64,000 nucleotides of DNA from Candidatus Woesearchaeota archaeon (GCA_002867475.1 PKTL01000069.1:9382-73381), one strand, 5' to 3'; shown: positions 32,635-42,775, counted from the first letter of the stretch. Numbers and translations are program-made. The notes: generated from the letters alone by a model not told the origin.

Positions 32635-32949
32635 TTATTTTTCTTTATAATTTTCTTTGATTATTTCTGCAATAGAATCTATAAAACTTCTATATCCAAC
32701 ATCAGTTATATCTTTTCTGTTTTGATTATCCAAAAACCATTTTTCTTTTTTATCATTTAATTTAGAATATAATTCACTTAAGACATCTTTTCTTTTTTCA
32801 CCATCTTTAATCTGCCACTTATAATCTTGATACATCGGCTTTATCTTGAAGAATTCAAAATGAGATTTTGAAGTTTTAGCACCATATGCAGCCGCAGCAG
32901 TCAATCCGACTGAAAAAGAAGCGATCTCAATCATAGTTTCTAAAACCAT
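32635..32949 (-). CDS. Hypothetical protein
   Basis: 104-aa ORF. Confidence 0.55.
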   Translation of the reverse strand: MVLETMIEIASFSVGLTAAAAYGAKTSKSHFEFFKIKPMYQDYKWQIKDGEKRKDVLSELYSKLNDKKEKWFLDNQNRKDITDVGYRSFIDSIAEIIKENYKEK

Positions 32950-32968
32950 ATGTGAGAATATCTTATTT

Positions 32969-33592
32969 CTATATATTAATCTTTTGGAGTCTCCAGCAAC
33001 CGACTCTTATTCTTTGGATTTTTTTCTTGTGATAATCCATTGTTTGTTTTAGTGGAAAATCAAACTCGAAAAGATTTGTGACTTCAAAACCTTCATCTTC
33101 ACTTAATGCATTTATAAAGCCTTTTGATTCAAGCTTGTGAAATGAATATATAACTTTTCCTGTCTTGAATGCTTTGAGTAAAAATCTTCTGTCAGCATGA
33201 TCATCCTTAACACCGAAAGGAGGGTTTTGAAGAACAATATCTGCTGATAACTCGAGATCTTCAATATTTGAATTTATGAACTCATATTCTCCAACTACAT
33301 ACTCTTCTTCTACTTTTTTTAGGTTCTCTTTCGCAATATTTATTGCTGAACTATCTATATCTATAAAATAAACTTTCTTTGCACCTGCTATCAATGCACC
33401 TATACCTAGGATTCCTGTGCCACAACCTAAGTCAGCAATTATCTTATCTTTGAAATCACCGACTATGTTTGCGTGCCAGATTATATCTGCAGCTATTTCA
33501 CTGTCCGTTGGGTATTGTTCAAGCTTCCATTTAGGATTTTCAAAGACTTTTAAATGGCTTAAGTATACACCTAATTCTTTTTTTGTACGCAT
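32969..33592 (-). CDS. METTL5-like SAM-dependent methyltransferase
   Basis: LEQYPT, DLGCGTG, NPPFG. Confidence 0.9.
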   Translation of the reverse strand: MRTKKELGVYLSHLKVFENPKWKLEQYPTDSEIAADIIWHANIVGDFKDKIIADLGCGTGILGIGALIAGAKKVYFIDIDSSAINIAKENLKKVEEEYVVGEYEFINSNIEDLELSADIVLQNPPFGVKDDHADRRFLLKAFKTGKVIYSFHKLESKGFINALSEDEGFEVTNLFEFDFPLKQTMDYHKKKIQRIRVGCWRLQKINI

Positions 33593-33694
33593 AGATATTA
33601 GTTACTATAAATAGTATAAAAAATATACTATTACTAGAATATAGAAAAGTATATAAACACATTTTTGATTTTAATTTTTAGGGGTTGAAAATTG

Positions 33695-34228
33695 ATGTTT
33701 GATATTCAAAGCAAGACAGTTAAAAAAATTGAAAATGGACTGAAAGATTCTTTTTCTAAAATTCGTGAAGAGATGGATATCCACTTAGACACCATCAATG
33801 AAAACACCAATGAACTTGCTGCAAATTATGATTATATGATGAAGCTTGAAGGAAAGATAGACAAGCTAAATGAAAGAATTGATGAACTCACTATAATGAT
33901 GGAAGAGTTTGTAGGTATGCCTAAAAAGATTGGTTACAAAGAGCAGTTTGAAAACATAGTTCTTAGCAATAGAGAACAAGAAGTTTTTTTAGTATTATAT
34001 TCTTCACAAACAGACCTTTCCCATAATGAGATTGCGAGAAAATTAGGACTTACTATCCAATTGGTCGATCAGAACATTGATGGGATGATCTCAAAAGGAG
34101 TTCCTATAATAAAAAGATATAATGAAGGTAAAGTCACTTTAAAAGTTGATGATGACTTCAAGAGTCTTCAGGCAAAAGAGAACATACTTAATATTAACGA
34201 AGCAATTGTTACGAGCATCATGCAATAA
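33695..34228 (+). CDS. Coiled-coil plus winged HTH protein
   Basis: N-terminal coiled coil, LS.REQEVF..LY HTH-like segment. Confidence 0.7.
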   Translation: MFDIQSKTVKKIENGLKDSFSKIREEMDIHLDTINENTNELAANYDYMMKLEGKIDKLNERIDELTIMMEEFVGMPKKIGYKEQFENIVLSNREQEVFLVLYSSQTDLSHNEIARKLGLTIQLVDQNIDGMISKGVPIIKRYNEGKVTLKVDDDFKSLQAKENILNINEAIVTSIMQ

Positions 34229-34238
34229 ATTTTTCTTT

Positions 34239-34407
34239 GGACTTGTAGCTCAGCCTGGTATGAGCGCTCGGTTGGCATATGAAAAGTCAAGCTTTTCGAG
34301 TTTGGTTTGAAATCCGAAAATCGAAAGGCCATGGGTTCACACTAAAATTCTTCTAGAATTTTGTGCACAAAAGAGCTTGACTTTTTTAGTGAATTCCACA
34401 GAGTCCA
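34239..34407 (+). tRNA. Degenerate tRNA-Ala(GGC)-like gene with two insertions (anticodon loop and T loop)
   Basis: TAGCTCAGCCTGGTATGAGC D arm, TTGGCA loop, AGGCC variable loop, GAGTCCA 3' end; several stem mismatches. Confidence 0.65.
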
Positions 34408-34443
34408 TAAAATATAAAAAGGATGTATTAATAAGGATTTATT

Positions 34444-34923
34444 ATGAGAATAGCTATAATTTCAGACACTCATGAAAATGAAGCAGCATTATTGAAAGCT
34501 GTAAGCATGATAAAAAAAGAAGGGATAAAGACAGTCCTTCATTGTGGTGATCTGATAAGTCCCCCTATGCTTGATTACTTTAAAGGTTTTGATTTCAGGT
34601 TTGTTTTTGGTAATAATGATGGAGAACATAATGGATTAGTTAATACTTGTAAAAAGTTAGGTTTTGAAAAACCAGAAATTGCAAAATCTTTAATCCTTGA
34701 AGGTAAGAATATATTCATGTGTCATGAAAAGCCGGATTGTGAGGAAGCTATAAATTCACAAAAGTTTGATTATATATTTTTTGGCCATAGTCATTCTACT
34801 TACGATGAAAAAATAGGGAACACAAGAGTTATTAATCCTGGTGCATTATTTAGGGCTTCTATCTATACTTTCGCAATCCTTGACCTAAAAACAGATAGTC
34901 TAGAATTCCTTAGAGTTTTTTAA
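34444..34923 (+). CDS. YfcE/MJ0936-family metallophosphoesterase
   Basis: SDTH, HCGD, GNND, GHSH, NPG. Confidence 0.92.
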   Translation: MRIAIISDTHENEAALLKAVSMIKKEGIKTVLHCGDLISPPMLDYFKGFDFRFVFGNNDGEHNGLVNTCKKLGFEKPEIAKSLILEGKNIFMCHEKPDCEEAINSQKFDYIFFGHSHSTYDEKIGNTRVINPGALFRASIYTFAILDLKTDSLEFLRVF

Positions 34924-34967
34924 CTAAGGTACTGGAATAGTTTAACTCTTCAAAGATTATAGAGTTC

Positions 34968-35738
34968 TTATCTAGATAAGTGCTTACTGCTTATTGTTGA
35001 AAGATCAGTAGTCTTATCTATTTCAAGTATTGCGTTTGCTAGTTGCTTTCCACCAACCACTTCTGGCATCACAACTATTTGCGCACCAACTTTATGAAGT
35101 CTTCCAACACTTTCTTCATCGCTTGCTTTTGCAGCAATTATCAAATTAGGATTCAGCTCTGATGCTGTCATGACCACATAGATATTATCGCTATTTTCCC
35201 TTAAAGTTGAAACTAAAACTTTCGCTTGTTTAATATTTGCTTTCTCCAATATGTGTGGATCCATAGCATTTCCTTGGATAACTTGTTCTCCTTTATCAAG
35301 AAGTCTTTGTACAACGTCTGGATCTTTTTCTATTATGATATATTTTTTTGTGTCTTTCTTTAAGTTTTCAAGAGTGTATTTTCCTATCATCCCATAACCG
35401 CACACAATGATATGATTCTTTTCTTTTTTCATTCTGATGATTCCTCCTTTGAGCCCTTTAATGAGTAAATTTGTTTGAGTTTCTATTACCATGCTTGCAA
35501 AAGCTGTTGCCGTATATAACACGGCACCCATACCTAGATATATTGATATGACTGCAATCAATTTTCCAAAGGGTGTTTCTGGTTTGAAAAGTATATCTAC
35601 TGTCAAAAACATTAGAAATGTGGAGTAGATAGCATCATAGAAGGGGATTCCTTCTACCATTGTCAGAAGCGATGCGCTAAAACTCGCAACTGATATAAAA
35701 AATAACACTCCAAAAAAAATACTTTTTTTATGTACCAA
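34968..35738 (-). CDS. Potassium channel-like protein with TrkA-N (RCK) domain
   Basis: Two TM + PET..GK, HIIVCGYG; selectivity filter divergent. Confidence 0.82.
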   Translation of the reverse strand: MVHKKSIFFGVLFFISVASFSASLLTMVEGIPFYDAIYSTFLMFLTVDILFKPETPFGKLIAVISIYLGMGAVLYTATAFASMVIETQTNLLIKGLKGGIIRMKKEKNHIIVCGYGMIGKYTLENLKKDTKKYIIIEKDPDVVQRLLDKGEQVIQGNAMDPHILEKANIKQAKVLVSTLRENSDNIYVVMTASELNPNLIIAAKASDEESVGRLHKVGAQIVVMPEVVGGKQLANAILEIDKTTDLSTISSKHLSR

Positions 35739-35864
35739 TAACCCACCTCTTTTAGTCTATAAATTGGTCTTTTCTTATTTAAAGGTTTTTATTTTTTTAA
35801 TGATTAAATAAGATTTATACTATTAAACCATGTTTTTATAAAATATATTTTTTTATCAAATCCT

Positions 35865-36269
35865 ATGGAAGAGGTTAATTTAGCACATGTTCTTATCTGT
35901 AACAATCGTTATGAAGTCATTGCTGGACTGCATAAAAGTAGGAATGATCTGACACTGCCTGGCGGAAAAGTGGAAGAATATGAAAGTTTTACAGATGCTG
36001 CCAAAAGAGAAACCAAGGAAGAAACTGGAATAATCTTAAATTCCTTAGAGATCTTGCTTTATGAAGCTAGAATACCTAAAGAAGATAAAATATTCAATGT
36101 GAAAACTTTTTTTGCAACAACAGACAAAAAACCTCGTAACCTCTTAAAAGATGAACATGGGTTCATGAAATTTTTACCATATGAAACCCTTTTTAAGTAT
36201 CCTAGAGCATTTTATATAGAGCAACCAATAATAGATTTCTATAATATTAACAATGTATCAAATTTTTAA
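35865..36269 (+). CDS. Nudix hydrolase
   Basis: PGGKVE..ES...AAKRETKEETG. Confidence 0.9.
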   Translation: MEEVNLAHVLICNNRYEVIAGLHKSRNDLTLPGGKVEEYESFTDAAKRETKEETGIILNSLEILLYEARIPKEDKIFNVKTFFATTDKKPRNLLKDEHGFMKFLPYETLFKYPRAFYIEQPIIDFYNINNVSNF

Positions 36270-37223
36270 GAACTTAAAATCTTTCAATTCTTCAAAATTC
36301 AAGAAATTGTAGTTCTTGTTTTCTTTTATGAATTCTTCAATCTCTTCTTTTTCGAGAATATCCTGTTTTGACAAGTATACATGAATCGGTTTATGAAGCT
36401 TTTTTACGTTATCATAAAGCTTTTTTTGCTTCTCAATAGGATAAGTTTCTGTAAGATCAATAATAAAAAGTATGGAGTCTGCAACGTAACGCATAGCTAG
36501 ATATGCTTGGATCTCTACAGAATTCATCTTTTCTACTCTGTTTAGAGTTCCAGGAGTATCTATTAATTGTATCTTGTTATATGATTTTTTCATATATCCA
36601 ACATTAAGTTTTTTTGTTGTGAAAGCATAACTGTTTATCTCTGGAGTGCTTGTTGTAAGTTTTGATAAAAGCGTGCTTTTTCCCACGTTTGGAAAACCTG
36701 CTATAGCGACAGTTTTTAATCCTGTTTTAATACTTGGATAGTTCTTCATTGTTATTCTTGCTTGTTCTAAGTATTTCAACTCGTTTCTTATTTGTTTTGG
36801 AACACTGCTTATTCTTCCTAAAAATTCCCTTACAAGCTTATTTATTAGTATAAGCTCTTTTGCTGATTTTATCTTTTTCACATAATCATTTGTAAGTTTT
36901 GATGTCTGTTTAGTTGCCCAATTCAAAGATGCGAGACTTTTTTTCAATAAGTCGATTTCTAAAGTAAGATTTAGTAATTGTTTGTAAAACTCGCTCAATT
37001 CATCGAAACTTGGATAGGATTTGATAATCTTACCATACTGACTATTTATGGATTTTTCAATAACTCTTATCTTTTCTATCTCGATAGTTTTACTCTTTTG
37101 CATCCTTGTCAATTTGCTTGAAAGACTGCTTCTTATCTCTGTAGCGTGCTTTTTTCCTCTTTTTATAGCTACATCTAGATAAAAGTCAGGTGTTTCAATC
37201 TTCTGCAATCCTTGAAAGTTCAT
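36258..37223 (-). CDS. NOG1-family GTPase
   Basis: GFPNVGKS, YAFTT, DTPG. Confidence 0.9.
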   Translation of the reverse strand: MNFQGLQKIETPDFYLDVAIKRGKKHATEIRSSLSSKLTRMQKSKTIEIEKIRVIEKSINSQYGKIIKSYPSFDELSEFYKQLLNLTLEIDLLKKSLASLNWATKQTSKLTNDYVKKIKSAKELILINKLVREFLGRISSVPKQIRNELKYLEQARITMKNYPSIKTGLKTVAIAGFPNVGKSTLLSKLTTSTPEINSYAFTTKKLNVGYMKKSYNKIQLIDTPGTLNRVEKMNSVEIQAYLAMRYVADSILFIIDLTETYPIEKQKKLYDNVKKLHKPIHVYLSKQDILEKEEIEEFIKENKNYNFLNFEELKDFKFLKI

Positions 37224-37260
37224 AGATATTTAGAAATGGTTGCTTCTTTTTAAATAGATA

Positions 37261-38043
37261 CTATTTATTAAACCATTCTTGCATTTTGATTGCATCGTTT
37301 AATGGTTCAGGAGATTCATTGATTATTGTAATATTGTAACCTTTATCTCCATATTCTTGTAGCTTTTTTATTAATGGTTCTGCGAATTCCTTGCTTGTTA
37401 GAATATGGTTTCTTTCTCCTTTATCTGTGTATTCAATGCCTGAGAAATGTGCGTGGAAAGTTTTTGGAAGTTTCTTAAATACTTCACCATAATCAATCTT
37501 TCCTATATTTCTAGCATAGATATGGCTAAAATCGACAGTTATTGAGATTCCCAATTCTTCTCTTAATCTCAATAGTTCGTCTAAATCTCCAAACTGACTT
37601 GCCTTCCCAGTAGTTTCAGGTGCTAAAATCTTCTTATCCCAACAATTTTCTTCCATTATTTGGATTATATCTTCTATTTCTTCTTTAATTATTTCATAGA
37701 CTTCTTCTTTGTCCTGTTTTTGGTAGAATCCTGGGTGAAAGACAACATACTTCGCGTTTAAATGAATTGCTCGTTCAACAGAGTCTAATATTCTTTTTTT
37801 GCTTGCTTCTCTCTTTATTTTTTCTGGACTTGCAAGGTTTATGAAATAAGGCGCGTGAATAGTTAAAATTACACCTTGTTCTTTTGCTAATTCGCCCAGT
37901 ATTTTTGCTTTCTCATTTGATACATTTACACCATGGGTGAATGGCATCTCTAGAATCTTCAAACCATTGTTTTTTACATTAGGTATTCCTTTCTCGTAGC
38001 CTAAACCATCTGTTCCTGCCGGACCTATAATTACATTATCCAT
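37261..38043 (-). CDS. nfo: Endonuclease IV / AP endonuclease family 2
   Basis: HAPYFINL, FHPG, ETTGK, D..H, HFSGI. Confidence 0.9.
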   Translation of the reverse strand: MDNVIIGPAGTDGLGYEKGIPNVKNNGLKILEMPFTHGVNVSNEKAKILGELAKEQGVILTIHAPYFINLASPEKIKREASKKRILDSVERAIHLNAKYVVFHPGFYQKQDKEEVYEIIKEEIEDIIQIMEENCWDKKILAPETTGKASQFGDLDELLRLREELGISITVDFSHIYARNIGKIDYGEVFKKLPKTFHAHFSGIEYTDKGERNHILTSKEFAEPLIKKLQEYGDKGYNITIINESPEPLNDAIKMQEWFNK

Positions 38044-38107
38044 AATAAGAAAATTAAAAGTTCCTTTTTTTAAGGGTTTTGTTTAAAAAAAAAAGAAAAA
38101 GAAGAAT

Positions 38108-38353
38108 TTATTCATCTCCAGACCAATCAGGCCTTTCATCACAGATAGGACCTCTACATGTTGGTCTTACTGGTTCATTAGGTCTTTCCATTAATGTTAA
38201 TGGGTCATCTATATCTGAATTTTCTGTTGGTGGTTCGAAAGATGGATCGAATCCCCACTCATTATAAACATTGTCAGCAAATACACTGACACTCCCAATT
38301 ATTGTTAAAACTAAAATCGAAGTCAACAATAAAATTTTTATTTTTCTTTTCAT
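38108..38353 (-). CDS. Small secreted protein
   Basis: Signal peptide; GAGGTG RBS. Confidence 0.6.
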   Translation of the reverse strand: MKRKIKILLLTSILVLTIIGSVSVFADNVYNEWGFDPSFEPPTENSDIDDPLTLMERPNEPVRPTCRGPICDERPDWSGDE

Positions 38354-38365
38354 CTTATTCCACCT

Positions 38366-38620
38366 CTATTCATCCATTGAATTTCTTATAGTGTTATTTA
38401 TTCTTGAGCCTGTTTCATCAGGATATCCTGAGTAATCAACTAAACTATCTGCACCATATTCTGGTTCAAATTCTGTTCCTTCTCCACTATGGACTCTTTC
38501 TTCATTTCCGGGCCACGTTTCCGGGTCATACATCGGATTTAAATGGTGTGCGCTAACACTCGCAACTAACATTGTCATTAATGCTAGTACCATCAAAATA
38601 CTCATTGTTTTTCTTTTCAT
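38366..38620 (-). CDS. Small secreted protein
   Basis: Signal peptide MKRK...ASVSA. Confidence 0.6.
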   Translation of the reverse strand: MKRKTMSILMVLALMTMLVASVSAHHLNPMYDPETWPGNEERVHSGEGTEFEPEYGADSLVDYSGYPDETGSRINNTIRNSMDE

Positions 38621-38646
38621 ACATACCACCTTTTATTTTTTATTTT

Positions 38647-38841
38647 TTATATCATCTCACCGATCTCAACATATTCATCTTCTAGGAATCCATCTTCTAG
38701 ATCGCTGATTACTTTTTCATCCTCAAATACTGCGTTACCTGTTGTTACTGAAATATCTTTTTCTTCGTTTGTTGAAACTTCTGTATTAGTACATGCAGTA
38801 AAAGCTAAAGCAAGAACCAATAAAACCATTAAATATTTCAT
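38647..38841 (-). CDS. Small lipoprotein
   Basis: FTAC lipobox, C-terminal EIGEMI. Confidence 0.65.
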   Translation of the reverse strand: MKYLMVLLVLALAFTACTNTEVSTNEEKDISVTTGNAVFEDEKVISDLEDGFLEDEYVEIGEMI

Positions 38842-39788
38842 CAGTAAACACCTCCTTTAACACCTGTTTCTTCGCTGCTAGCTGAAGGTTCTTTAGGTGC
38901 TGTAGTTGCACTTTCAGTTGGTGCTTCATCACTGTTTGAATCTTCTGAATTATCGCTTGATTGCTCTCCAGTTACGGTTACTGAATTACTATCTTCATTG
39001 CTTGGTGCTGAATCAAAATTTGGTTCTTCATTCTTGTTTTCGAATGTTGATTCCACTTGCACTTTCAGTTCTGTCTCTGCTGCTTTGTTCTGTATGCTTG
39101 TGCTTACCGCTTCTTCTATCACTCTTTTTGCTGCAGTTTCTTTTTCTTCACCGCTCATCTTTGAATAAACATCACTTAAGAATGTTTTTGCTCCATCAAC
39201 TGTTGCAGAACCACTTTTTATTTGTTGTACTGCTTCAGGATTTTCTAATCCTAATAATGCGAGCTTACTTTGAAATTGTAAAGCGTTGTACTCATTCTTT
39301 TTCTTTTGAATCTCTGTTTCAAGTGCTTTTACCTGTTCTTTTTCCTGATTTTTTATCTGTTCTTTTATACTATTTTTTACTGCTTCCTCTGTTACGACTT
39401 CGCTTACTGTTTGTCTGAATTCAGTTATGAGATCTCTTGATTCTGCTTTTATTGAAAGATAAACTTCACTTAGATAAGTTGTGTTTGAATCTAAATTAAT
39501 ATTTTGTAGTTCTTCTAGTAAAACTTCGAGTTCGGATAAAATTTCACCCATTCTTGTTGTGTTAAAAGCTGGATACTCCTTATTTATCTCTTCAATTATC
39601 AGGTTTCCATCAATTATTTTGTCTGTAAGATCTTGCTCTAACTCTAAGAATCTTACTTCTCCACCATATTCATTATTGAATGCTGAGACTTCTGATAAGT
39701 CTTCAACTAGTACTTCTGGCTCTGCAAAACCTATACCCATTAGGAATATTGCAAAGATTGCCAAAAACATTATTTTTTTTGTTTTCAT
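38841..39788 (-). CDS. Secreted coiled-coil protein
   Basis: Signal peptide MKTKK..., GGAGG RBS. Confidence 0.7.
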   Translation of the reverse strand: MKTKKIMFLAIFAIFLMGIGFAEPEVLVEDLSEVSAFNNEYGGEVRFLELEQDLTDKIIDGNLIIEEINKEYPAFNTTRMGEILSELEVLLEELQNINLDSNTTYLSEVYLSIKAESRDLITEFRQTVSEVVTEEAVKNSIKEQIKNQEKEQVKALETEIQKKKNEYNALQFQSKLALLGLENPEAVQQIKSGSATVDGAKTFLSDVYSKMSGEEKETAAKRVIEEAVSTSIQNKAAETELKVQVESTFENKNEEPNFDSAPSNEDSNSVTVTGEQSSDNSEDSNSDEAPTESATTAPKEPSASSEETGVKGGVY

Positions 39789-39877
39789 ATTATTGCCTCC
39801 CAGTTTTTTGTAAATAGTATTAAGATGGAACAAGATATTAATTTTTACCGGAACTAAGCGGAACTACCGGTGAGAAA

Positions 39878-40576
39878 TCAGTTTTTTAAGGTTAATCTGT
39901 TACTCATCCCGACCTTTTCTTTTGAGATGATGTCTTTTCTTACCATTGACTCAATGTTTCTTGAAACACTGCTTTTTGGAAGGTTTGTCTTTTCTTCTAT
40001 ATATTTTTGAGTTAATGGTTTTTTGCTCTTTTTTAGAATATCATAAATTATCTTTTGCCTTTCAGTTAGAAAAGCTGGGTCTATTCTTTTTGTTTTCTTT
40101 TTCTTATGAAAAAAGAAGAAATATGCTGCAAGTAAAATCAAGATTATAATTGATAAGAAAATAGAGATTAAGTAATTATTGTTTTCAAGCCTGTTTATTG
40201 AGTATTGAACTAGGATAACCAAACTTTCATCTCTTCCAGTACCAATAACTGTTATTGAATCATCTTGATCTATTCTTGAGAGATGTCTTGTTTTTAGATA
40301 ATTGATGTCCAAATCCTTTGGCATGTGAAGCCTGTATATGAACTCATCAAACGTTTCATCCATTGTCATATTGAAAAGCCAATATTTGCCTTTTTTAGAA
40401 GTGTAATTAGGGTTTGGTTGTTCAGTTAATAAATTTGGATAATTCGAGATTCCTTCAATTATCACATTGCCATCATCTTCTAAGAATATATCAATATCTG
40501 CATAATATCCAGCAAATACAGAGTTTATCATAAGAATAAATACTGTTAAACATAAGAATATGTTCTTAGATCTCAT
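39878..40576 (-). CDS. Membrane-anchored protein with C-terminal winged HTH
   Basis: Signal peptide, TM, LTQ..I...TNLPKSSVSR....GMSN. Confidence 0.8.
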   Translation of the reverse strand: MRSKNIFLCLTVFILMINSVFAGYYADIDIFLEDDGNVIIEGISNYPNLLTEQPNPNYTSKKGKYWLFNMTMDETFDEFIYRLHMPKDLDINYLKTRHLSRIDQDDSITVIGTGRDESLVILVQYSINRLENNNYLISIFLSIIILILLAAYFFFFHKKKKTKRIDPAFLTERQKIIYDILKKSKKPLTQKYIEEKTNLPKSSVSRNIESMVRKDIISKEKVGMSNRLTLKN

Positions 40577-40733
40577 AATTATACTAAGTTCTGGTTAAAT
40601 AAAAAGCTTTTGTCTTTGAAAACTTTTTTATAATATTGTTTTCATATAATCATTTATGGATAGCTATTATTTAAATCTTTCGATTATTTTGTCTTTCATT
40701 AGTAGTAACATAAAAGACTTGATTTCGAATTGT

Positions 40734-40753
40734 AACTAACATCGCTGTTACAT
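40734..40753 (-). repeat. Site S1, collapsed attC-like mini-site
   Basis: AACTAAC-ATCGCT-GTTACAT. Confidence 0.7.
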
Positions 40754-40917
40754 ACCCCGAAACAAAGTTTATGATTGACTTTAGTCCAATCAATAAACGA
40801 CTTGAGAGTGCAACGAGGTCGACTGAAGGGAGAAGTTTTAGAGCCCGAAAAAGAGTTAGTTTTTCAAAGTAGTGACAAACCGTAAGATTTATATTTAATT
40901 TAATCGTGCTTTTTATT

Positions 40918-41283
40918 ATGTCAAAAAATAACGAAAAAAATTTATCAACTATAATGTATCTTGCAGAACAACTTGGTATTAATCTTGATGATAAAAGAAC
41001 TGCTATTGCTACACCTGAAGAAATGAGCACAGCAAGAATGTATGATGGTTCTTTAGAAGCTAGAGTAATTCCTAATTCTAGACCTGCTGTTGAAATTGAA
41101 ACTCCAAGAGGTCCAGGAATTTGGATAGAATTAGTTGACCACACTAGAGATTTAGCTCCAGAAGGAGCAATATATCAAATAAGAACTTACGTACCTAAAG
41201 AAGATCATAAAGAAGGTTTAACTGGAGATGTTTATTCTGTTTATGTTGGGAAAACTGGAATTATGCTTGATTTGCCAAAATAA
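40918..41283 (+). CDS. Hypothetical protein (cassette A cargo)
   Basis: ORF filling the cassette; TTTATA box at about 40888. Confidence 0.7.
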   Translation: MSKNNEKNLSTIMYLAEQLGINLDDKRTAIATPEEMSTARMYDGSLEARVIPNSRPAVEIETPRGPGIWIELVDHTRDLAPEGAIYQIRTYVPKEDHKEGLTGDVYSVYVGKTGIMLDLPK

Positions 41284-41321
41284 GTTGATAATTCTGCATT
41301 GAAATAGGGCTCTAAAATTGT

Positions 41322-41341
41322 ATGTAACATCGCTGTTAAAT
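41322..41341 (-). repeat. Site S2, collapsed attC-like mini-site
   Basis: ATGTAAC-ATCGCT-GTTAAAT. Confidence 0.7.
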
Positions 41342-41497
41342 ACTCCGAGTCCGAGTTTAACTTGAACTTTAGTTCTAAGATTAAACGAAACGAGAGCGCA
41401 ACGGGACAAGGAGCGACTAGCGACGCAGAGTAAATTAGAGTCTTATTCTTCAAAAGAGTGAAACGATGCATTGAAGCTAACTTAAAAGGGCAATTTT

Positions 41498-41800
41498 TTA
41501 TTCAAATTTGATATTTTCATATTTTTTAAGATGTTTAGAACTATGCTTATATACAACATCATGATGTTCATAATCAACAAAAAATACGGTTCCGTCATCT
41601 CCAAAAAATAAAATTACATAAGAATTATTCACATGAACACGTTTAAATTTCTTTAAATCTTATGAAAGATTTTTATAATGATATAAATTATCTGAATTTA
41701 GAATTTCATCTCTTTTATTAAGAATATTTTGAAGCTCTTTTCCTTTAAGCTTCTTAAGAGCTTTCTTGAAAAGATTGCCATATTTTCTTTTTCTCATCAT
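41498..41800 (-). pseudogene. relE: RelE-family toxin with premature TAA at 41660-41662 (cassette B)
   Basis: Manual translation MMRKRKY...HYKNLS*DLKKFKRVHV...YVILF...DYEHHD.VY; similar to 42512-42775. Confidence 0.8.
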
Positions 41801-42045
41801 AAATTAGCTCTATCTTTAAGTTCCTTTTCAAAGATATCAGCTTCTTCGTCTGATAAAAAAGAATTAGCATCTTTACTATTCAATCTTTCTAAATATTCTT
41901 CTCTTACTTTGAAATTATCAAAGATTTTTTCACGTGCAGCTTCACGCATGAATTCTTGAACATTCAAAAAACCATGATTTTTAGCATATTCTTTAGCTTG
42001 TTCTAAAAAATCTTCAGATAATCTTAGATTTATTTGCGTAGTCAT
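41797..42045 (-). CDS. RHH antitoxin (cassette B)
   Basis: MTTQINLRL..QEFMREAAREK; overlaps the toxin start. Confidence 0.8.
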   Translation of the reverse strand: MTTQINLRLSEDFLEQAKEYAKNHGFLNVQEFMREAAREKIFDNFKVREEYLERLNSKDANSFLSDEEADIFEKELKDRANL

Positions 42046-42133
42046 AATATTATATGATATTACATAATATTTAAAACTATCGCTTAATCTTAAAAAATTG
42101 CCCATTTTCAAAAAAAAGACTCTAATTTATTGT

Positions 42134-42159
42134 ATTTAACATCAGGATCGTTGTTAGTC
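42134..42159 (-). repeat. Site S3, short attC-like site
   Basis: ATTTAAC-ATCAGGATCGTT-GTTAGTC. Confidence 0.65.
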
Positions 42160-42287
42160 AGTGAGTCTGCAAGACGAACGAAGGAGCGAATAGCGACTGA
42201 CAGTATGACGCAGAGAGCCGAACGGGCTTAAACGTAAAATTTATATATGATTAAATAACATTAAATAATATTATTTAAGGTGATAAA

Positions 42288-42515
42288 ATGAGTATAAAAT
42301 CTTTTAACGTCGATGAAGACACATATGGGAAATTTTCCTCTTATTGTAAAGAAAATGGGATAAGTATGAGTAAACAAGTGGAAACCTTCATGAAATCAAT
42401 GATTGAAGAAGATCCACAAGTGAAACAAGAATACCTAGAAAAATTAGAAAGAATAAGAAAAGGAAAATTCGTAAAAGTAAACAACTTTGCTGAGAGATAT
42501 GGATTAAAAGAATGA
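42288..42515 (+). CDS. RHH antitoxin (cassette C)
   Basis: KSFNVD...F..YC...G..MSKQVE; ATGA overlap with the toxin. Confidence 0.8.
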   Translation: MSIKSFNVDEDTYGKFSSYCKENGISMSKQVETFMKSMIEEDPQVKQEYLEKLERIRKGKFVKVNNFAERYGLKE

Positions 42516-42775
42516 GTTATGAACTTGAAATCCATGAAGATTTAGATAGAACTTTTTCTAAACTTTCAAAGAAAAATAAGAAACAATTAGAAATAATCTT
42601 CAAAAAAGTTGATGAAATTCTAAAAAATCCATATCATTACAAACCTCTTCGTGGAGACATGAAAGGTTCAAGAAGAGTTCATATCGATAAACACTTCGTT
42701 CTAATATATGAAATTCTTAAAGAATCAAAAGTTGTTCGATTACTAGACTATAATCATCACGACAAAGTTTACTAG
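42512..42775 (+). CDS. relE: RelE/YafQ-family toxin (cassette C)
   Basis: NP.HYKPLRGDMKG.RRVHI...VLIY...HHDKVY. Confidence 0.9.
   Translation: MSYELEIHEDLDRTFSKLSKKNKKQLEIIFKKVDEILKNPYHYKPLRGDMKGSRRVHIDKHFVLIYEILKESKVVRLLDYNHHDKVY

Noticed and set aside
40756-40835. Known self-cleaving ribozyme or group II intron domain V in the cassette module
   Set aside because: No hammerhead CTGANGA/GAAA core or domain V pattern seen by eye; GNA triloops fit ssDNA better. Not excluded without an Rfam scan.
40671-41471. ORFs 40671-41144, 41218-41409, 41241-41471 (and 43843-44037)
   Set aside because: They cross recombination sites and hairpins, have no motifs and overlap better-supported features.
6333-41662. 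TAA stop-codon reassignment suggested by two in-frame TAA codons
   Set aside because: TAA ends many conserved genes here (tuf, tfb, gap), and the two sites imply different residues (probably Glu and Tyr).
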